Shown one piece after another: positions 40,679 through 44,436 of a stretch of 44,436 bases of DNA. Position 1 is the first letter of the stretch; every line of letters begins with the position of its first letter. The notes under the pieces were generated by a model. It did no database searches. It was not told the origin of the DNA and worked only from the letters and a program-made list of their open reading frames with translations. Made by a program: the position numbers and the translations under genes. Source of the stretch: a virus; the IMG/VR virus record IMGVR_UViG_3300029944_000021, positions 1-44,436 of that record, one strand, 5' to 3'.

Positions 40679-41303
40679 ATTGCATACCTCCTAACTTGGC
40701 CACCATTACATCGACTTCTGCCAGGAATGCGATCACGCCAGCTTCCATGAAGGCAATGCTTTCTTCGTCGCGTAGCAGGCGTCTAATGAAAACTTGATTG
40801 CGGGGCGGCAGGCGAGGATCGAAACTCACGAAATCTACCCACTGTCGGCCAGAGCAAGCCATCTCTGCGGTGAGCTGCCACAGGTGCTCTTCGGGTATGA
40901 GCCCGGCCATCATCCATTCAATGTGCGTCGTAGTTACCGGGCACTTTATCTCGACTATCCCGTCATTGCCAACGTACCTGTCCGGAGACGCGCTGAACAT
41001 CGGTATGGTGGGGTGCTCTGCTATGCCAACCTCTTCCACGTCGTTTCCGCTAACAACTTCATAGGCAGCACTGGCGTACTCTTCCGTGTCTATACCCCAC
41101 TGCATCGCAGGTGTGACGTAGTGCTCAACTGCGAATCCGGTCAGGCGTTCGGTTACTACATCCGTAAGATAGTCTTTGCGCTTCTGCGAAGGTTGGCCAT
41201 TGTTGAGGAACGAGAGAGCATCCTTCACTCGGGATCCGGTACACTTGCCGATTCTCGCCTTCAGCCATTCAGGGGTTTGCTGCTTCAACTCGATTGGGTT
41301 CAT
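40581..41303 (-). CDS. YqaJ/lambda-exonuclease-like recombination exonuclease
   Basis: N-terminal QQTPEWLKARIGKCTGSRV, typical of YqaJ-type PD-(D/E)XK exonucleases. Adjacent to the annealase. Confidence 0.7.
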   Translation of the reverse strand: MNPIELKQQTPEWLKARIGKCTGSRVKDALSFLNNGQPSQKRKDYLTDVVTERLTGFAVEHYVTPAMQWGIDTEEYASAAYEVVSGNDVEEVGIAEHPTIPMFSASPDRYVGNDGIVEIKCPVTTTHIEWMMAGLIPEEHLWQLTAEMACSGRQWVDFVSFDPRLPPRNQVFIRRLLRDEESIAFMEAGVIAFLAEVDVMVAKLGGMQYAGLRANAVQDSDDGVRQSKLLESLHRSLDEG

Positions 41304-42022
41304 GCCAACTCCCCTTTGCGCTTGTTGTAGGCATCCATGAACAGCTTCACCGCTGTAGAGTCGTTCGCCTCAACCGCCGCCCTGTACTCCCTGCGATACT
41401 GCTCTTTTAGGGTCTCCATGTCCGCGCAGTGCAGCAACTGGCTAACCGTCGCAGCTATGGCCTCAGAAACCTTCAATCCGGCTCCATTGCCGTCGTCGTC
41501 CTTCTCGTCAAAGCGCAGGTCGAAGATCATGTTCTTGAGGTAGCGCTTGCCGTAGGTGATTGCAGAGCCGGTAGCGTGAGTGCGTGACATGACGCCGCCC
41601 CCCTTTGCTCCCTTTCCATCAGCAGGCATTGGTAGAGGGTATTCTTTAGTGAACGCCCCGAGAGATAGGGTACCAATAATTAACACCTCATCTGGCTTAT
41701 CGGATACCGCCGGCCGGAAGGAAAGCGTCATATTCTCATCGTCCAGCAAAGTTTGAATCTCGCTGTCGATGTCCTCTGACGTAGCAAACTTGCTCTTGGT
41801 ATCAGGGTTCCAGCCGCGCTTGGGGATGCTCTTCAGTTTCTTCTGAATGCGCTTCAGCGTGGCGTTGAATGCCTCCTCCTCGCTGTGCTGAATCATCCAT
41901 TTCTGCTGCTCAAGGATGAGGTTTACAACCTCCATGGCGCTGCCCTGCTTGATCGCCGCATCGAATGCCACCTGGATCATCTGCATGGGGGTCTGTACTT
42001 GGGTTGATAGCTCGGTGCTCAT
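41300..42022 (-). CDS. ERF-family single-strand annealing protein
   Basis: GSAITYGKRYLKNMIFDL resembles the ERF core signature. Acidic C-terminal tail. Paired with the exonuclease. Confidence 0.6.
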   Translation of the reverse strand: MSTELSTQVQTPMQMIQVAFDAAIKQGSAMEVVNLILEQQKWMIQHSEEEAFNATLKRIQKKLKSIPKRGWNPDTKSKFATSEDIDSEIQTLLDDENMTLSFRPAVSDKPDEVLIIGTLSLGAFTKEYPLPMPADGKGAKGGGVMSRTHATGSAITYGKRYLKNMIFDLRFDEKDDDGNGAGLKVSEAIAATVSQLLHCADMETLKEQYRREYRAAVEANDSTAVKLFMDAYNKRKGELA

Positions 42023-42189
42023 TTGGCCACCATCCAGGTAATCACCTTGGCTAAGGTAGTGCCGTCCATCGGTTCGCCCTTCTCTACCCGGTTGAGGGTC
42101 GGTACGGGTATGCCAATCTCAGGGGCAAGCTCCCGCAAGGTCACCCGCTCCGCATCGCGCCATGTTTTTATGAGTTCGCCAATTTTCAT
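42019..42189 (-). CDS. XRE/Cro-type helix-turn-helix regulator (56 aa, below the track cutoff)
   Basis: Hand translation MKIGELIKTWRDAERVTLRELAPEIGIPVPTLNRVEKGEPMDGTTLAKVITWMVAK. ATGA overlap with the ERF gene. First gene leftward of the divergent control region. Confidence 0.7.
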   Translation of the reverse strand: MKIGELIKTWRDAERVTLRELAPEIGIPVPTLNRVEKGEPMDGTTLAKVITWMVAK

Positions 42190-42216
42190 AAAGCAACGTT
42201 CTCATACAACTTTCGT

Positions 42217-42267
42217 CTTGTCAATGATAATTTTCTTGACAATGATACAAACAAGTGGCAATCTTGT
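42217..42267. promoter_or_regulatory. Divergent early control region with operator-like repeats
   Basis: CTTGTCAATGATA (42217-29) and CTTGACAATGATA (42235-47), 12/13 identical and 18 bp apart. ACAAG-N7-CTTGT palindrome at 42251-67. TTGACA at 42237-42. Confidence 0.4.
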
Positions 42268-42361
42268 ATTCGTAATCAAGGAGCCACAGTGAACCGCATA
42301 GTTCTACCACTGGTCCGGCAGGGTTGGGCGAGCAAGATAATCAGCTTATTTGTGAGGGTAT

Positions 42362-42628
42362 ATGGACTCTAGAACAATAACTGCTACTGAAATGATCGAC
42401 GATCTAGGATTACGCAATCGGGCGTACCAGGTGCTCTATGCGCTAGGCGATACGGCTGCAACAGTTCGCACGCTGACTTCAGGTGAAGCGGCCTGTCTTG
42501 TGGGCATCGTAGGCGATTTATTGGACGAACGCGCGCACCCCTTGTTGCAGTGGACAGAACTGGACGAATTGCTGTACCACCGCATGTCACCGCGAATGAT
42601 TCAATATGTTGCCGAAGGTGGAATATGA
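42362..42628 (+). CDS. Hypothetical protein
   Basis: 88-aa ORF, the first sizeable rightward gene. Confidence 0.45.
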   Translation: MDSRTITATEMIDDLGLRNRAYQVLYALGDTAATVRTLTSGEAACLVGIVGDLLDERAHPLLQWTELDELLYHRMSPRMIQYVAEGGI

Positions 42629-42732
42629 TCTGCATCCACTGCAACCAACCAATCAAGGATGAGCCGGTAAGAACGGTTATCGGGCCGGTTCATCTCAAGT
42701 GTGCGGATTACAAGAAAGGCAATACTAAATGA
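42625..42732 (+). CDS. Small zinc-ribbon-like protein (35 aa)
   Basis: The ATG at 42625 overlaps the upstream stop (ATGA). CIHCNQ...HLKCADY. Confidence 0.35.
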   Translation: MICIHCNQPIKDEPVRTVIGPVHLKCADYKKGNTK

Positions 42733-42917
42733 AAACTATCGAGTGTCCGAAGTGCAGGAAAGTAGTTAATGTCGAGCCTGAGCATAACGGCTTCAATAAA
42801 GTCAACTCGGGCCACGGCAGAATAATTGACCCGTGGAGACGCCCAACTGAGTTGCAGTGTGCATGTGGACAGCATATCGTGCTGGTGATCGCTTCACCTC
42901 AATTCAAAGCAGCCTAA
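42729..42917 (+). CDS. Zinc-ribbon protein
   Basis: 62 aa with CPKCRK...CACGQH. ATGA overlap upstream. Confidence 0.5.
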   Translation: MKTIECPKCRKVVNVEPEHNGFNKVNSGHGRIIDPWRRPTELQCACGQHIVLVIASPQFKAA

Positions 42918-42945
42918 CTTTTTTCAACTGCGCGAGAGGCGTAAA

Positions 42946-43098
42946 ATGAGCATACCTAACTATCCCGAAAGTACATGCGCTGCTGACGTAGAGGCTTATT
43001 ACGGAAGCGGTATAGAAGTTGAGCAGGCCGTTACGTGCAAAGAGAACGACTCTTGCCGCTGTGACAGTTGCCTGGAGTTTATGGAGGCGCAACTATGA
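42946..43098 (+). CDS. Small Cys-rich protein (50 aa)
   Basis: Hand translation MSIPNYPESTCAADVEAYYGSGIEVEQAVTCKENDSCRCDSCLEFMEAQL. GAGAGG upstream. Confidence 0.4.
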   Translation: MSIPNYPESTCAADVEAYYGSGIEVEQAVTCKENDSCRCDSCLEFMEAQL

Positions 43099-43313
43099 GC
43101 CACGCGCATATCTTCGCTCTGGCGGTAGTTGTATGGGTAGTCCTTACCATGCTGGTAGTCGTGTTCCTCTACGCCTGCGACAAGACAAGCAAGGGCGCCG
43201 ACGAAGCAGATATGACCGCCAGAACGAAGGACGATAGCGAGTACGAGAAGTACGCCAGGAAATATAACGAGTTCGACCATGCTAAGGAGGAGTCGAGATG
43301 GCGAGATCGGTAA
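43095..43313 (+). CDS. Single-pass membrane protein
   Basis: 72 aa from the ATG at 43095 (ATGA overlap). IFALAVVVWVVLTMLVVVFLY followed by a charged tail. Confidence 0.45.
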   Translation: MSHAHIFALAVVVWVVLTMLVVVFLYACDKTSKGADEADMTARTKDDSEYEKYARKYNEFDHAKEESRWRDR

Positions 43314-43447
43314 TGACTCAGGCGATCAATATCGCGCACGACCAGCAGCGGCCTTTTTGCTTGATTTCTAGGTGCGCTGGATTTTGGTTCGTGATTCCTA
43401 ACTACGTAGATAGGTTGGAAGAGATAGATTACTTAAGCGTGGAGTGA
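43298..43447 (+). CDS. Small hypothetical protein (49 aa)
   Basis: AAGGAGG lies 7 nt upstream of the ATG at 43298. Its stop overlaps the first bases of RNA element copy B. Confidence 0.35.
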   Translation: MARSVMTQAINIAHDQQRPFCLISRCAGFWFVIPNYVDRLEEIDYLSVE

Positions 43448-43583
43448 TTGCAGTGCTTTAGCGGAGTTGAGTTAGCGTAATTTACCGAGCCTCTACCCCA
43501 TGCTGGAGACGGTTGCTAGATTCGATTCGCTGACGGTTGGCATGGGCTGATCCGAAGACGAAAGAGCACTGCAATGGCTATAT
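43446..43583 (+). ncRNA. Candidate structured RNA element, copy B (unassigned family)
   Basis: Colinear with 35247..35382, with the same invariant blocks and helices. Ends 30 nt before the ATG at 43614. Confidence 0.55.
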
Positions 43584-43613
43584 GAAGAGATAAACGCATT
43601 AGAGGTGGAGTTA

Positions 43614-43892
43614 ATGGGATACGGAATGGATGAAGAGGATTGGGGTGATGCGGCTTTGGACGATATACACCAGCACGATATGGTCAACCTCTCAAAAGCA
43701 TATTCGAATGCTGGAAATTCAGAGGTAGGAGCAACTATACGCTGCCCTGTTTGCAATTTTGGTTTCGTCAAGAAGACGGTATGCCAACGGTTCTGTAACC
43801 GCAAGACTACAGGAAGAAGTACCTGTAAGGACGTTTATCACAATACTACAAACCCCCGAGGATTCCAGATCGAAAGAAGGGATAGGGAGTAA
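43614..43892 (+). CDS. Zinc-ribbon protein
   Basis: 92 aa from the ATG at 43614 (GGTGGAG upstream; the track start is a GTG at 43605). CPVCNF...CQRFCN. Confidence 0.5.
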   Translation: MGYGMDEEDWGDAALDDIHQHDMVNLSKAYSNAGNSEVGATIRCPVCNFGFVKKTVCQRFCNRKTTGRSTCKDVYHNTTNPRGFQIERRDRE

Positions 43893-44093
43893 ATGAGCGA
43901 GATTGTATACACCGAAGGGCCGTGGAAAATGCGAGTCAACGGATGCACCGCCTCAATCGTTACGGAGTCTGGAGTAGGAGTTGGGCTTTGTCAGCAAGTA
44001 AAGAAGCCGAAAACAATTCCGAATGCTCGTCTTATTTCCGCCGCTCCTGAACTCCTTGAAGCGCTCAAGCGTATTCGCGATGGGGCAGGATAA
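43893..44093 (+). CDS. Hypothetical phage protein, possibly truncated by an in-frame TAA
   Basis: 66 aa with EGPW...NARLISAAPELLEALKRI. The same frame stays open for 42 more codons after the TAA. Confidence 0.55.
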   Translation: MSEIVYTEGPWKMRVNGCTASIVTESGVGVGLCQQVKKPKTIPNARLISAAPELLEALKRIRDGAG

Positions 44094-44222
44094 AATCCAG
44101 GATTTACGGCATGTGGGTGCGAAGATCACAATTCTCCAGATTGCTGTAACAATGCGGGATATTGCTGTCCCGAGTGCATAGCGGCTGCAGCCATAGCCAA
44201 AGCTACCGCAGCCAACCAGTGA
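44094..44222 (+). other. Start-less Cys-rich in-frame extension after the TAA (read-through, pseudogenisation or sequencing error)
   Basis: NPGFTACGCEDHNSPDCCNNAGYCCPECIAAAAIAKATAANQ, with no in-frame ATG, GTG or TTG. It ends 21 nt before the next ATG (44244), whose SD lies in the gap. Confidence 0.4.
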
Positions 44223-44243
44223 ACCACTCAGGAGAAAAACTAA

Positions 44244-44336
44244 ATGTTTACTACAAAATTTCTTGTATTTTATCTAGTGGCCTGTTGGATAAGCCGAAAG
44301 AATATTCAATTTTGGGATAGATACTACTCAAAGTGA
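44244..44336 (+). CDS. Possible 30-aa peptide spanning into the terminal repeat
   Basis: AGGAGA lies 8 nt upstream. MFTTKFLVFYLVACWISRKNIQFWDRYYSK. Its stop overlaps the GTG of the Cys-rich ORF (position 24 copy). Confidence 0.25.
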   Translation: MFTTKFLVFYLVACWISRKNIQFWDRYYSK

Positions 44337-44436
44337 ACCGCTCAGAGGGGATGGAGAAAAATACGATGACGAAATCTAACGCAGAGGGAGCCGAACAAGC
44401 AGCCAGGGATAAGGATAACGACCTTAGAATTGCAGA
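44310..44436. repeat. Second copy of the 127-bp terminal overlap (identical to 1..127)
   Basis: Identical by direct comparison. Confidence 0.95.

Noticed and set aside
43493-43804. 103-aa minus-strand ORF across RNA copy B
   Set aside because: It is antisense to a + strand operon, overlaps the 43614..43892 zinc-ribbon ORF and has no SD.
1-44436. Integrase/lysogeny module, CRISPR array, rRNA, or genome-wide stop-codon reassignment
   Set aside because: No tyrosine or serine recombinase motifs, no CI-like repressor and no spaced direct-repeat array were seen. The 1412-, 951-, 819- and 536-aa ORFs are intact under the standard code, so recoding is not needed. The single in-frame TAA at 44091 is treated separately.

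Overview
The window is a complete, circularly assembled tailed-phage genome of about 44.3 kb: nt 1..127 recur exactly at 44310..44436. About 33 kb of the minus strand (34588 down to 1134) is a packaging, head, virion and lysis operon. In transcription order it encodes a terS-like gene, terL, a candidate portal, a histidine phosphatase, a candidate scaffold, a candidate major capsid protein, an Endonuclease VII, a GroES-like protein, a 1412-aa virion protein, internal/ejection-like proteins, tail fibre/spike genes (one with an SGNH esterase) and a GH24 endolysin with membrane proteins. A second minus-strand block (42189 down to 35943) is a replication/recombination module: Cro-like HTH, ERF-type annealase, YqaJ-type exonuclease, HNH, Vsr/DUF559-like nuclease, SF2 helicase, C5 methyltransferase and a primase-like zinc finger. 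Two plus-strand sets of small, mostly zinc-ribbon ORFs (34.8-35.9 kb, and 42.3 kb across the junction to 1.1 kb) look like early genes. I found no integrase, complete tRNA, CRISPR array, tape measure, tail tube or sheath, so the architecture is podovirus-like and probably non-integrating. The most interesting signal is a roughly 137-nt element present twice (35247..35382 and 43446..43583). It has invariant blocks, strand-specific compensatory changes and a possible loop-loop pseudoknot, and I cannot assign it to any RNA family I know. Other leads: a GTATAAC repeat array (candidate pac site) and two tRNA T-arm mimics between terS and terL; a 447-bp non-coding island with an operator-flanked promoter inside the late operon; a paralogous Ig-like module pair (one fused, one split) with a recurring C-terminal PTxITF motif; an in-frame TAA followed by a start-less Cys-rich extension; and large structured intergenic hairpins. 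All functional calls come from reading motifs in the supplied translations. No database search was run.
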